Shown in pieces: positions 1 to 13,835 of a stretch of DNA of 64,000 nucleotides; the first letter of the stretch is position 1; each line of letters begins with the position of its first letter. The stretch covers positions 79,546,001 to 79,610,000 of the forward strand of contig NC_135812.1 of assembly GCF_964213995.1 (NCBI RefSeq), read 5' to 3'. The notes under the pieces are model-generated. The model was not told where the DNA came from, did no database searches, and was given only the letters and a program-made list of their open reading frames with translations. The DNA comes from Mustelus asterias (lineage: Eukaryota). Both the position numbers and the translations under genes were made by a program.

Positions 1-690
1 GCTGATTGCTGTCCACTCCCCTCGATTTTCTCATATTTCTGGAACTTTATCATCTTCCTCTCCTGTGAACTGCAGTACAAAGGAAATAATTAAGGAGTCT
101 GCCATTTCCCAATTTTTAATTACAGTGTTATCTGCATCTCTCTTTAAAGGACCCAAATTACTCTTAGCTATCCTCGCTTTCTTTAAATGCTTGTAAAAAA
201 ATCTCTTCTTTCCATTGAAAGCTATTTAAAAATATGAGGTTCCAATAAATAGATTTCCAGCATCTGCTCTCAGTGAAATGGCACAAGTTACCACTATAAA
301 TGTTTCAGGTAAAAGCTAACAGCTGAACTCAAATGTTTGTGACTTAGGAAAATTACAATGGTGTGCAGCCCTTCAACTCTTGTTGGATTTCTGCGAACTT
401 TTGCCCTCTGAAATTCCAACACCAGTATTAATTTAATTATTTTAAACAATTGAAATTAAATCAATATGTATTTGCATATAGTGTTCCATTGTTTAATTTG
501 AAGCTCTATGAGCGCTACTTAAGAAACAGTTTTACACAAGAAAATATATAATAAAACCATTGTACTTTGTTTTTTCAATGGAGAACATCCAATCAATGTT
601 GCTATGAATAGTCTCTTATTTTAGCCATGATAATTAATGATTTCTACTGTGAAAACTGTTGTGATTGTGACTACCATCACAAAGATATAA

Positions 691-1554
691 GGGGCGATTT
701 TACCAAAATAAGTGCTGAACAAATGTGAAAACAGGAGAGAATCGCACCCTTTTTTGGGGTGAGCTCTCAGATGCAATCATGCGGCACTTAGTGCAAAAAG
801 AGAGGCAAAGTGTGATTCACGACAGTAAGGGGAGCGGACGGAATCTATTCTCATCAGGAAGCCGGCTGCTGACTGCGAGGAGCACTATTGCACACACACC
901 TTGATCTCTGAGTGTACTGTGTACAAGTGCACAGAGAACACTGAGAGATCTATTAATGATTGCTGGACTCCATCCTCGATCGCTGGCCTCTCCCTTCAAT
1001 CGCTGGCCCTTCCGGCCAATCACTGTCCACTCCCCTCGATCGCTGGTCTCCCCAGCCGATCTCTGGCTTCTCCCCTCGATTGATTGCCTCCCTGGATGAT
1101 CACTGAACTCCCAGACCCATCTCTGTCCTCCCTAGATGATCGCTGGCTTCCTCATCTGATCGCCACCCCCATACCCCTCCACCCCCGGCTGATTGCCACC
1201 TCCATTCCCTGCCTCCCGGCCGATTGCTGCCCCGATAGCCAGGCTGGCACTGCCAAAGGAGCACTGTTCCCCCTCCCCCGACCACCTGCGGGGCCTCCAG
1301 TCACACGGTGAGGCCATCACATCCGGTCCCCATTTCTGGTGATCCTTGCCAGGGAGGATCTACACCTCTGAGGCCGTTAAGGCAAGTGAGCCTGAACAAT
1401 TCTGTCCTGGGCTCACTAATAACATTGAAATGCAGATTGAAATATTTACATCAGCCTCGCACCCTTCCCGGACGAACCTGCTTTTTCGCCTCTCTTGCGA
1501 TCTTACCGGCTCGCCCCGACGATTGACCATTGTGACGAGCGGTAAGATCGCCCC
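691..1554. mobile_element. Non-autonomous DNA transposon (Harbinger-type MITE) with internal ~20-bp subrepeats
   Basis: 14-bp TIR GGGGCGATTTTACC / GGTAAGATCGCCCC; preceded by TAA. Confidence 0.75.
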
Positions 1555-1801
1555 CAGATTCTTTACCTCAGTACTATCCCGTTCATCAGGGCTTGGAGTC
1601 GAATTATTCACACTTTTGTGAACTGCAACATTTATTTATTCACACGGCTCAAATATTACCATCTTTTCCCCCGAAGTCGAAGGACGTGCATTCAAACACT
1701 GCAGATGTAAGCATCGGACCTCGGCCGACAATTTGATTCAATACTAGCTTGATTCCCAGATGGGTAGTTAAACCAAGGTCATGTTTACCAATTTAGCCAG
1801 T

Positions 1802-1928
1802 TATAAAAGATCCTGGGCTATTATCTGGAATCTGTGGTACATGTTTCAGACTGCTGTTCTAATTGCAGCATAAGCATAAGTGGAGACCACACTGCTCGGA
1901 TCACAAGTAGGCATGTGCAGATAACCAT
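1802..1928 (+). promoter_or_regulatory. Possible TATA box and non-coding first exon of gene 1
   Basis: TATAAAA at 1802-1808; strong donor gtaagt at 1929; the ATG exon has an acceptor at 2087-2088, which implies an upstream UTR exon. Confidence 0.35.
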
Positions 1929-2111
1929 GTAAGTGCTTGATCTATTTTTGAGCACAAGACTCAGGAACCCGAGCACCCAGTCTCAATTAATTGTGCCAAA
2001 TAAATATAGCATTTGAGTGCAAAACAAATGTCTCCAAAACTGATTATGTGCCAGTAATGATACAGTAATATCCCAATATTTTAAACAGGTTCTTGAAAGT
2101 CCCGGAAAAGA

Positions 2112-5100
2112 ATGGCTACTTACCATTTTCCAAGAATTCTTTGTTTTATTGTGATTTCCTTCTTTGTGACCATTATAGCTGGTGGTGAGTAATACCAGTA
2201 TATAACTTCTGCCATATTCAATGTTTCTATTACGTGCCTCTGTACCATAAAGGATAAATGCTAATAGATCATTATATTTATTTCAGACGCATTTATAAAT
2301 GTCTGGTGTAAGAATCCAGTCACAGGGATCCATAACAAACGCACTGTTTTGGCTTGTGAGTACAAGTCAATGAAGAAGAAAGAATGTAACTGTAGCTGGA
2401 CTCACATGACAATGAATCCTACTGGAATCCCATGTACATCCAATAAAAAAGCAAATGCCCCGGAAAGAAGAAGGTGTCTCACAGATTCAGGAAATGTAAC
2501 ATTGATAATTGAGAAAACGGAAATTTTGGATGAAGGGAAATATCAGCTTCTCGTAGACTGTGAATCAAGTGGTTATAAAACAGCAGATACCGAACTTTTG
2601 GTGAAAGGTAGGTAAAGAAAATCCCTTTTTGTCACCAGAACAGTACAAGAGATTGAAATATTTCAAATCAAGCATTGAAGATGAAAACTAATAGGGTTAC
2701 ATCAATATTTATAATATTGGTCTTTTCTGTGTCAGTATGGTCTCATGTTCCTAAGGATAGATAAATACTTGTGATGATTTAACGTTGCTAGCCATGTACG
2801 TCTGAAGTTGGCTATAATGTTGTTGGCATAAAATCAGACAGAATCCCTGTTTCTGGTTGATTCCAATAATACCTTCTGAAAGTATGTATGAGTAGACATT
2901 GGGTGACAAAGCAATTGAGCTTGGTTTTAAGGCCCCAGTGGTTGAAGCTCATGTCATAATTTACTTTCAGGATTCACAAATGACAAACAACCACCTTGGC
3001 TGAGGTACTGGAGAGGCCTTTTAAACATCCTGCTTCCAGAAAGTGCTGCTCCTGGGTCAGCTGGCTCAACTGCAGCCCACACCCGCGCACCAATGAAGAT
3101 CTTGCCTTGTGGGCACTTTCTCCAGAGGCAGGCTTGCTGAGCCATGAATTTTCCCAATCCCATTGCCAACCTCATGGATGAAAATTTAGACCTACTATCC
3201 CAATATTTCTACACAGAATGCATTCACCTGCATTCACTCCATCATTCAAGAGTAATGGATCTTTATAGAGTAATGGATGTCTGGGCTCTTAGACAAGCAT
3301 ACATCATGAACCTTAGCTGCAAACCGAGGAAGCCCTATTACACTTGTTAAATAGCTGCACCCCAGAGAAAACATTGCTTCACTGACAGCTCTAGTCTGAT
3401 CTATGTGGTCAATTTCACTCTTTTTATAGAAAACTAAGCAGTTTGAAGAGTTTGTGATTTCTGTTATTGATACTTTAAAGGGTCTTACTGATTGATATTT
3501 TTATTCCCTTATCATAATGTGACTTCCTTAACACAGTAGAAAGTAATGAACGAATGAATTTTTTAAAGCTTATTTTACACACCCTGCTGTCATTATAGGG
3601 CTCATTGCTGTACTATGCAGTTTATAAATAGGTCAATAAGCATTGCAGTACCATAGCTTGGTATAGGGGACACCAGGGGCCTTGAGAGGTAGTGGAGAGA
3701 CAAAAGTTGACATGGGTGTATGAGGGTCCATCGGACCATCGGGGTGGGTAGAGTGGCATCATTTGGCATTGGGGGAATGAGGGGCCATGGGGCTGGGTGC
3801 AGGGGCATAGTTTGTTATAAAGGGCTTGAAGAGGATCTTTGGCACTCACCTTTTTAAAAGTCCCCTTGTGAAAAGTAGAGTTCATGAGGAGACCATTGGA
3901 GGGGGATGAACCATAACTCATGAAAGACTGTGTCCAACTCCATGAATATATTGGAGGACTAGGATGTGCCGAGCTCCACAATGAATGGGGAGTTCCGGCT
4001 GTCAATGTTTGACAGTCACAAGCCAGCATCCTTTAAAGGCACTTCTGGAAGTCAGACAGCCCAGAGATAGGATTGGAAATCCCAGAATTGGTCCCGCCTG
4101 TCATTTTTAAAGAGGCCATCATGAATCAGTGGAAACTCAGCCTATAATGTTTGTGATGCTACTGGAACGATTGGTGTTGGTCTTGTTAAATCCAGCTGTA
4201 CATCACTAACTTGGATTTGCAACATTAAACTTGTAAAACATGTTTTCAGCCAGATATACCGTACCGCAAGTAACCAAAAGCGACCGAGGTGGTGAGAAAG
4301 GTCTTTCTTGTACCACAGTTGGATATCCTTTGGCAGAACTTCACTGGCAGATTGAAAATGGAACCAAATTAACTGCTAATTCCAGCATAATACAAATGGA
4401 AGATAAGTTGTACAACATCACTACTTACATTTCAGTCATTGACGAAGGGTATTGCATAAACTACAGTTGCTCTGTATGCATTGAAAATGCATGCACATCT
4501 GCAAGTAAGTTTATGCAAGCTTTTTTTTCCCATGATTTTCATTGCCTAGTACACATGTAGGAAAGAAAAGATATGGACTGAGGGAAATATCTCTGCAAAT
4601 GATGCTAACCCAAGAGCTCACATACAATAAAATCATTAGTGAGTTGTGGTTGCCTTGAGCACTGCAAATGCAAAGTGCTCACGGGTATAGTGCAAAACAT
4701 ATTTAACAAAATGTGGTAGGCTGACAATCTGAAGGGAAAAATTAAAGTGAGGTTATTGATCTACAGGGACCCAGGTTTAATTCCTGGCTTGAGTCACTGG
4801 CTATGAGGAGACTACATGTTCTCCCCATGTCTGTGTGGGTTTCCTCCCACAGTCTGAAAGATGTGCTGGTTAGGTGCATTGGCTATGCTAAATTCTCCCT
4901 CGATGTATCCGAACAGGTGCCGGAGTGTGGCGACTCGGAGGTTTTCACAGTAACTTCATTGCTGTGTTAATGTAAGCCTACTTGTGACACTAATAAATAA
5001 ACTTTTAACTAAGCTTTAATGGTGGTCTCCCACTAGCATTGTTTTCTGCATGGCGAAATTCTATAAGGACAGAAGCGTTATTCTATTTAACACAGAAAGT

Positions 5101-8100
5101 GGAGCTTTCTTTAACATTACTTGCTCCATTGAGGCACATAGCTACATCTTGAGGAAATGTCATGGCTAATAGAAGTTAAGGAACTCCGAAGATTAAGATA
5201 AATTAAAATGACTTGTTTCTCTGTTGATTGGAGGCAGATCAGAAATGTTACAATATATACTACTGCCTCACAGCGCCAGGGACCCGGGTTCGATTCCCGG
5301 CTTGGGTCACTGTCTGGCGGAGTTTGCCCGTTCTCCCCGTGTCTGCGTGGGTTTCCTTCGGCTGCTCCGCTTTCCTCCCGCAGTCCGAAAGACACGATGG
5401 TTAGGTGCGTTGGCCATGCTAAATTCTTCCTCAGTGTACCCGAATAGGCGCCGGATTGTGGCGACTCGGCGATTTTAACAGTAACTTCATTGCAGTGTTA
5501 ATGTAAGCCTACTTATGACATTAGTAAATAAATATAAATAAATATAAATATATAAATATGCGCATCTCTTTAAGGTAGTGTTTGCTGTATTTCTTAAGTG
5601 AGAGATATGATTGCCGGGAAATATGGGGAAAAGCCAGCACTGTAAGGAATGGACTCTTGAGTTTTAAGTTGAGGCATTTCTTTGAGATGGAACAGAAAGC
5701 ATGGTGTTTTGGAACAAAACTCTTTGGTACTTAACATGGGACTTCCCACTTTGATACTGTCTGGAGAAAGTATTCCCAAACCCCAACTACTTTCACCATG
5801 AGCAACATAAAATTCAAACTGCACTCTCCCAAAATAGCTCAAAAATTCCCCCAGAGGAGATTTTGTTTATAATACAATCCCAGAATTGAATTATTTCCCA
5901 TGCACCCTAATTCAATTACCATTGGCTCCACAAAACACAAACTGATTTGCATTTTCCTGTGGATGGGCCCACTATTACTTAGAACTTTAACAATGCCATA
6001 AAAGGGAACACCATTTTATTCTATAAAGTATAGATGTTTTAAGGAAAATACTCATCCTAATTCTGTATTCATTTGTAAGGCTAAGAAAACATGTGGCTTT
6101 GGTTTGATGTTAGCAACCCTCAGCAGTAGTTCTTGGTACTTCTGAAGCTGCCATGAATTTATGTCACAAATTTCTGAACCATTCCAGATGGCAAAGCTGT
6201 GTCTCTGGAAGCCGGAGAATGTGAAGTCTAGCACTGAGCCTGAGAACCTGAGAAACTCCGCAATAATGTTAGGAAAATGGGAGGCCCAGTAGCTCTTGTG
6301 GATAGGCAAGACTGCTCTGACTGGAAGTGAATGGTTGGAGATGTCAATGGGGACATGTCAAGGGAGGACAAGTAATCAGGTCCAAGCTTGGAGTTTGGTT
6401 AGAGAGGAATCTCTTTTTCAATTGAGAGAAAAGGCTGGATGCTCGCGGCCGTTGAGTAGGAGTTTGGGGATCCATTAAAATCATCGATTGATCAAAAATA
6501 CTAAATAGCATATCATTTAAGTGTGACATTCAGATTGCAAGAGGACCCAGACTCATTTTTTAATGTTACATTTGTAATGTAGTGGGAAAAGTGAACACAA
6601 TGTCTGATATAATAAAAGCGAAGTACTGCAAATACTGGGAATTTGAAATAGAAATAGAAAATGCTGGAAAAGCTCAGCAGGTCAGGCAGCATCTGTGTAC
6701 AGAGAAGCAGAACTCTGTAGAAGAGTCATGTGTCTGTTTCTCATGTTGCTATTGTGTAGTCAGGTCCCAGCATAATAGATTGTAACTTCTATAATTTGTT
6801 TCCAGAGGTGGATGAACAGAGTCACAGCGTTGCCATTTAACTTTCAATAAAATAATAAAACATTTATTAAACAAGAAGATGTTAACTATAATACATTATT
6901 CATTCAGCCAACTCTACCTTTTATAGATCTATAGAGATTTGTTAGGATAACACAAATTACAAATTTATCTTAGGCTCTGTAATGTTATCATGCAAATCAA
7001 CAGGGCCAACTGTGGCCCCAGACAAACCATACTCTGAAACCAAGTGACCTGATGCCACCCAAAACAACTTCTGTGGATTTCTCATCAAATCCCCCCTCAG
7101 ATGCTTTTCACACTCTGAACCAACTGATCTCATTGGAACTCTGATGTCCATATGAGGGTTTCCAAACTCCCCTCTCAAAGAACATGCCTGAAATCTTGCC
7201 CGAAGCAGAACATTCTCTCAGATGCCTTCACCAAGGATCCACCTCCAGCATTTCAATCTCTCCATACTGATATGCCTTGGATTTGCCACTTGCATTCAAG
7301 CTTCCACACCTTGCCAACAGAACACCACTGCTTCACAGGCTGGTTTAAGGTGCCACCAAACTTTTGATTTACCTCGGATGTCTGGCTTCTCACCTAGCTG
7401 ACCTTAAATCTGGTTCTTGCAGCTGTCCCTTTAATTCAGAATACTTCCTCTGCTTCTTACTTGAATTCTCCTGGACAGGACCTTGAGTTTTTCCAGCTTT
7501 TTCTGTTTTTATTCCAGTGCCTACTATACTTTGTTCCTGAATAAAACCCATCAACATACTTCTGCACAATATGTATTTTTTAAAATTTCTTTTATGATGT
7601 GGACAGTATTGAATATTTTAGATGACAAGCATTTTTTAAAAATCTGCGATCTTAGTTAAATTGTTATATCACTTCTGCTCCTTATTGCACTCTAGGCAGT
7701 AAGTCCCCGTTTCCACTTGCCATGTCCTGCTGCAAACTAGTAATATCGCTGAACCCCAACCTGCGGTTGACACTATCTGTCAATTTGTTCCTGTTTCCTG
7801 AGTCCAAAATGAACATCACTAATTCCTATTCATTGAGTGCCACTTAATTCTGATAATGTGGCCAAGGGCAATGTCTAATCGAAGGAAGCACTTAGGCACA
7901 ATTGTATAACTAAGTCATTGCTACATAATTCATTTAACCCATGGCACTGTGATCTCATAAATTAATATAATATGCTCCGTCCTATTTTGCACAAAAGATG
8001 TTTGAAGTAAAGCTCTCAGAGTACATGATATAAATTGTAATTAAACATGCCAATTATATACCTGTCATTTCAGGATTGGACAATCCTAAAACGGAAGGAA

Positions 8101-11100
8101 ACTATCAGCAACAAGAACCAAAAATCAGAAAATCTACTGGTGTTTATTTCTCTCTGGGCTTCGTCATCGTAATTTTCGCACTTCTGGCAATGATGGTGCC
8201 CCTTTACTGGAGAAATCAAATTTCTCAAGGTACAATATTAGTTCAAATAAGGGCAATGGCAGAGCTGTTTTTGCTGAGGAGCTTTCCAAGATTACATTTT
8301 CCTTCTCCAAAGCTGCATTAAAGTCCGCTCCCATCCCCCCACTCCACCCCCTCCCAACCACTCTTCCTCCCTCTGACTTACGGGGCAGAATTTAATCATT
8401 CCCTAAAGGCAGGTTTGAAGATTGGATGGCCAGTTAAATAAACCGGTTGACCTCTCTGTCGCCCTTTCCACATTGGGCTCTCCCTCACCCAAGGTCTTCC
8501 CTCTCTCCCCCTTGTTTGTTCCTCCCCCCTCCATCTTCTCTAACAAATTCTCCCGATCACCTTGGAGACACCCTTCGCATTCTCGCCTAAAGACCCCCAG
8601 TACATACCTGCATCTAGCTCCAGGGCTTTGCGCTGGGGACTCCCTGTAGTCCCATCTCAATTAGCTTGGCCAACTGCTCTCTGATGCAAGATTTCCACCT
8701 GAGTGATAAAGTGAAAGCCACACCTCCAGCCAATTAACACTCGTTAAATGGCTGAGGGATGGCCGACATCAGCAAGGATACGTTCTCTACCAACTCTTCA
8801 GGTATTGTAAACACCACTCCTGTTAAATTCTGCCCAGGGTGTAAAATTGCACTCTATACCTGTCAACGTGACCACTTTTCACATTAAATATAGGCAGCCT
8901 ATATGAAAATAAGATGGTCATAGCTGTGTTTAGTCCAGTTTTCTCCCAGTGTCACTATCACGTTTGCTCAGCACCAAAAACAACTCACATTTATATTGTC
9001 CCTTTAACAGAATAAAACATCCACACGGGGGCACAGTGGTTAGCACTGCTGCCTCACGGCACTGGGAATCCAGGTTCAGTTCCGGCTTTGGGTGGCTATC
9101 TCTGTGGAGTTTGTACATTCCCCCCGTATCTGCCTGGGTTACCTCTGGGTGCCCCAGTTTCCTCCGTCACTCCAAAGATCTGTGGGTTACATTGATTGGC
9201 CATGCTAAATTTCCCCTTAGTGTCAGAGGGATTAGCAGGGTAAATATGTGGGGTTACGGGGGTAGGGCCTGGGTGAGATTGTTCTCGGTGCAGACTCAAT
9301 GGGCCTAATGGACTCCTTCTGCATTGTATGATTCTATGATAAATCTAAAGCACTTCACAGGAGTGCAAGCAGATGAAAATTAATGTAATTCTAAAGGAGA
9401 AAGGTGGAGAATCAATTAGGTTTTAGGAGAGAATTCCAGAGCTTAGGGCGAAGGCAGTCAAAAGCCTAGCTACCAATGGTGGAGATGCAAAAAGGGCCAA
9501 GAACCCTTGGAATGAAACATTCTCGGAAGGCTGTAGGGATGGCAGAGTCTGTAAGGGTAGATAGAGAGGGCTGAGGATAAAAAGGATTTAAGTACATGTT
9601 TGACAATTTTTACTATGGGGTCTGGGAGCTAATGTAGGTCAGCGAGCATTGGGTTGGTGTGTGTGGGGAATGGGGGGGGAGTGCATGGCTTGCAGGTGAG
9701 TGAATAGGATTTGATGCTAGTTGGATTATAGACACCAGAACTCACATTTATGGAGGGTGAAAGATGTGAGGCCAGCCAGGAGAGGACTGGTATATTTGAG
9801 ATTGGAGGGAATGAAAGCATTAATGAGAGTTTGAGCAGCAGATGGACTGAGGCAATGACAAAGATAGGTGGAAACAGTCAATCTTGATGATGGAAAGGTT
9901 ATTCCAGCTAAAGCCATTGAATAGCATTCAGCAAATGAAATTTTGATTGATATTCGTTCACCTTAACTGAAAGACACTAAGTATAATATTAACGTCCCCA
10001 GTAGCTGCTCTGGCTGACATCAGCTGATTGAATTCCAACAACTGCATCTGGGCCAGGATTCTCCCCAAAAAATTCTAAATCCTCAGTTCATGTGAAAACG
10101 GTAATAACTCTCCCGTCGATTTCTTTCGCGGGATTTTCAGATTGAATCTCCCACACTCTGAGCACTGCAGAGTGCACTAGCGGGATTCCCTCTGAAAATC
10201 AGAGGCACGGCCTATTCCGACCGAGAGGCCGGCACCAGAGGGACGAGCGGGCCACTGCGCAGGCGCTGATCTGTCAGTATGGAGATTGGCGCGTGCTCAC
10301 TCACCCCGCATTGCCAGCCTCCTGATCACTGGCCAGCCAGGAGAATCCCCATTGAACCACCATCCCCCTCTCCCCACCACCACCCCCCGATCGCTGGCCT
10401 TCCGGGCCTCTTCAGGCCAACCCGATGTCTTCCCACCCCCCGGCAGTCCCGACAAACCCCCCCACCCCAGCAGCTGTAACTCCCCCAGTAGCCCTGACCC
10501 CCTCCATCCACCCCAATGACCCCGATGGCCATCCCCGATCACCATCTTCCCTCCTTCTACCAGCAATCCCATTGCAGAGTGGCAGTGGGACACCCCCACT
10601 GATCGCCCCCTATGGCCCCCTATAGGCCCTGACCCCAATAGGCCCTGCCCCCTCTGGCCCCTGCCCCCTTGGCACTGCCTGATGCCTAATGGGCAGTGCC
10701 AATGTGCCCCTTGGCCATTGCCAGTTTGCCTCTTGGGCACTGCCAGGCTGGCCCTGCCCTGCTGGCACTGCCCAGATGCCACCCACCTCACTCTGACCTA
10801 CTGGGACTCTGTTCCCTCCAGTAGGGTCCCCATCCACGGGGAGCAGTAGGAAACCCTGCTGGAGTGAACCATACCATACTCTCGCGGGCCCAGAGACTTC
10901 AGTCCAGGCCCGCTAATGATATGCTACTCACAATTTAAATATTGAAATCAGCTCCATGCCAATTTCAGGCGCAGAGCTGATGGCGCTAAAAATCTTGACC
11001 CCTGAGATGCACAGAGGCTCAGGGGGTCCCGAAACAGCCTTCTGACGTCCCCTGGCCCATTACACTACTAGAGCAGTGCAGCGGGCTGGAAGAATCTCCC

Positions 11101-11609
11101 CCCTTGATCTTTATTCCTTGGTACTCGATGTCGGATCGGATCATTGAGTGCTCCAGCTTGCTATGCTCATGGGGCTGCAGGGAACTGATTTTTAAAATTG
11201 ACCAATAATTTTATTTTCCAAATGATAATTAGAACATTAAACTAAGAACTTTAATGTATTGACAACCACATATAAAGCAACGCTAAGTGGGGCTGTAACT
11301 TTTTAGATTGTTGCACTACTAACTAACATGCCTTGTTCGTGCTTTAACGCAATGACCAGAAAGAAGAATGGCAGGAAAGTATTCAATGTATGATGTTATG
11401 TATGAGAGTAATCTATTGCTAACATAAAAGCTGCTTGAAAACTAATATTTTCATTTTCACTAAAGCGTTCATGAGGCCACGATCCAAATCAGCAACATCA
11501 GACTTAATCGGTATGCAACTCTCTCAGAATATATTTTATAATTTGCAATGAGAAGTAGTCCTTTACATTTCATTATTGAACTTTATTTCCAACAGAGAAT
11601 GCTGAATAA
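2112..11609 (+). CDS. Gene 1: B7-family / PD-L1(CD274)-like type I membrane Ig-superfamily protein (signal-IgV-IgC-TM-short tail), 287 aa, cysteine-rich
   Basis: Hand-spliced GT-AG exons, all phase 1: 2112-2184 (MATYHFPRILCFIVISFFVTIIAG), 2287-2607 (IgV), 4250-4504 (IgC), 8074-8229 (stalk+TM), 11466-11510 (AFMRPRSKSATSDLI), 11596-11609 (ENAE*). Total 864 nt, open frame; AATAAA at 11900. Confidence 0.85.
2287..2607 (+). CDS. Gene 1 IgV exon
   Basis: tttcag acceptor, AAG/gtaggt donor; V-set motifs LAC, SW, GNVTLIIEKTEILDEGKY; 7 Cys. Confidence 0.9.
4250..4504 (+). CDS. Gene 1 IgC exon
   Basis: tttcag acceptor, /gtaagt donor; LSCTTVGYPLAELHW...YNITTYI...NYSC, a B7-type C domain. Confidence 0.9.
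4765..5005 (+). mobile_element. tRNA-derived V-SINE (HE1-like)
   Basis: B-box-like head, V-domain ttctcccc..gtgggtttcc, tail gtaacttcattgc..gtaagcctacttgtgac. Confidence 0.8.
5258..5530 (+). mobile_element. V-SINE (HE1-like)
   Basis: gggttcgattccc B box, V-domain, same tail. Confidence 0.85.
8074..8229 (+). CDS. Gene 1 stalk + transmembrane exon
   Basis: tttcag acceptor; hydrophobic GVYFSLGFVIVIFALLAMMVPLYW; phase 1/1 fits. Confidence 0.8.
8383..8835. mobile_element. MITE with perfect 13-bp TIR
   Basis: GGGCAGAATTTAA at 8383 / TTAAATTCTGCCC at 8823-8835. Confidence 0.7.
9025..9340 (+). mobile_element. HE1 SINE with HER1-type tail
   Basis: ggcacagtggttagcactgctgcctcac head; attctatgat tail. 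Confidence 0.85.
10050..11103. mobile_element. Harbinger-type MITE related to 691-1554
   Basis: Imperfect GGG-starting TIRs; shared internal gatcgctggcc and ggcactgcc motifs. Confidence 0.6.
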
Positions 11610-12364
11610 GGAAGACCTGGACGATATTGATCTTAGGAATAAATTTTCTGCTAATCTGCCAGGCTTCATGAAAAATTGTGCCAATGCATTAATAGGCACT
11701 TGTTTTTAAAATATGTAATCACATTGTAACCATGAAAATTATTAATGCAATCTGTGTGGTTAATATATTGTCAATTACATTGATAAATTTGTTTCCTGTC
11801 ATGTTGATTACACAGTTGGGTTGTAATTGTTTTCAAGCACATGTAAATAAGGGATCACTGGAATATTGGGGATGATAAACTTGTGAAACCAAATAAGTGA
11901 ATAAAGAAAAGCTCTATTCTTTGGTTCCAGCTTCCCCAACTGACTTGGATCCTTTTGACATGTGTGAACACTGAAGAAGTAAGAGGTCTAATTGGTTAGA
12001 ATAGGCTATCACTGCAGCTGCAGTTGATGGAAACTGCAATTCTTGCTATTTGCCGGCTCACATTTCTTGGAATTGCAGTAGAGTCCCAATCTCAAAAATA
12101 AGTGTGGTGATTCATGAAATGGTTGCAAAATTCCACAGCTATATTCAGCATGTCCCTATTTACGGGTAGCACGCTGACACAGTGGTTAGCACTGTTGCCT
12201 CACAACGCCAGAGATCCGGGTTCAATTCCGGCCTTGTGTGACTGTCTGTCTGTGTGGAGTTTGTACATTCCCCCGGAGTCTGCGTGGGTTTCCTCCGGGT
12301 GCTCCGGTTTCCTTCCACAGTCCAAAGGTGTGCAGGTTAGGTGGATTGGCCATCCTAAATTGCC

Positions 12365-13835
12365 ACTTACCATTTTAATTCTAAGTGCCATTCAGACTTC
12401 AAACTGGGAGTGTTTGAGATCTGACTTTTTCGCCCATTCTCAGGCACCCCCATAAGCACTCTGCCTGAAAAAATATCAGCGATTCCAAATCACGCTGTAG
12501 AAGCCTGTGGGCGGGGTTTAACGTGCCCGAAATCCTGCAGCTCTGATCGGCCCCTCCAACTGCGCATGCGCAGAAACAAAATGATAGAATGCGGCTCCCC
12601 TGCCACAGCGCTCCCAGGCCGGATAATGCCTCCCCCTGGCCCCCATTGCCCCACCCCCCCCTAACATTACTGACCCCCTTATCCCCCCACCTCCATGCCA
12701 CCTGGGCTGATCGCGGGCCCATCCCCTCCTCCCCCCCCCATCAACCTCAGGCAGAGTGGCAGCAGACCCATCGTCCCCCCACCGATCACAGGTAGAGTGG
12801 CAGTAGACTCCCCTTCCCCCACTCCCCCCCCCATTGATCTCAGGCGGAGTGGCAGCAGAACCCCGTTCCTCCACTGATCTCAGGTAGAGTGGCAGCAGAA
12901 CCCCCTTCCCCCACTGATCTCAGGTAGAGTGGCAGCAGAACCCCCTTCCCCCACTGATCTCAGGCGGAGTGGCAGCAGAACGCCCTTCCCCCAATGATCT
13001 CAGGCGGAGTGGCAGCAGAACCCCCTTCCCCCAATGATCTCAGGCGGAGTGGCAGCAGAACCCCCTTCCCCCACTGATCTCAGGCAGAGTGGCAGCGGAC
13101 CCCCTTCCCCTCCATTGATCTCAGGCAGAGTGGCAGCAGGCCCCTCTCCTCCCGCCGCCCCCCCCCACCCCCCCACTGATCACAGGCAATGTGGCAATGG
13201 AGTGGTAGCGGGCCCCCCTTTCCCCACTGATCTCAGGCGGAGTAACATCTGGCCCCTCCCCCACCCACCCACTGATCTCAGGCAAAGTGGCAGCAGGCCC
13301 CTCTCCTTCCCCCCCACTGATCTCAGGCAGAGTGGCAGCGGACCCCCCCTCCCCCCACTGATCACAGGCAGAGTGGCAGCAGACCCCCCCACTGATCACA
13401 GGCAGAGTGGCAGCAGACCCCCCCCCTCCACTGAACACAGGCAGAGTGGCAGCGGACCCTCCTCTCCCACCCCCCCCACCGATCTCAAGCAGAGAGCCGT
13501 CGGACACTCGGCACCTACCTCCTCACTAACTGGAGCGCCCAAATCGGACTTTTATGGAGCATGTCTGTTTCGTGCCAATTCTGGATGGGAAAACGCGGTG
13601 GTAAAGGGGGAATTGCCGGTAAAGTTGGACGTGCAGCCCATTAAGTCAATTTAAATGCAGGCAAATGCATTTAACTGGCCAACGTGCCCATTTTGGGCAC
13701 GGTCCCGATTTTCGAGCCTTGGTAAAGGGGGAACCAGCGCGGAGGCGGGTACAGATTGCGCTATTCACCTCACGCCTGACTTTACCAAGTTTGTGCACCT
13801 GAAAACAGGTGTAACGCAATGGTAAAATCGAGCCC
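12365..13835. mobile_element. Harbinger-type MITE inserted in a V-SINE (12163-12364 / 13836-14003)
   Basis: Right TIR GGTAAAATCGAGCCC followed by TTA; left TIR truncated (ttaccattt); SINE resumes colinearly. Confidence 0.7.
12740..13490 (+). repeat. ~40-bp C-rich minisatellite inside the MITE
   Basis: Unit ccccactgatctcaggcagagtggcagcagaaccccctt, roughly 17 copies. Confidence 0.9.

Noticed and set aside
6600-7520. Possible LTR nested in a small Penelope-derived repeat
   Set aside because: Looks repeat-derived, but I could not define termini or a TSD with confidence.
13034-13654. 206-aa Pro-rich repetitive ORF
   Set aside because: Translation of the 40-bp minisatellite inside a MITE.
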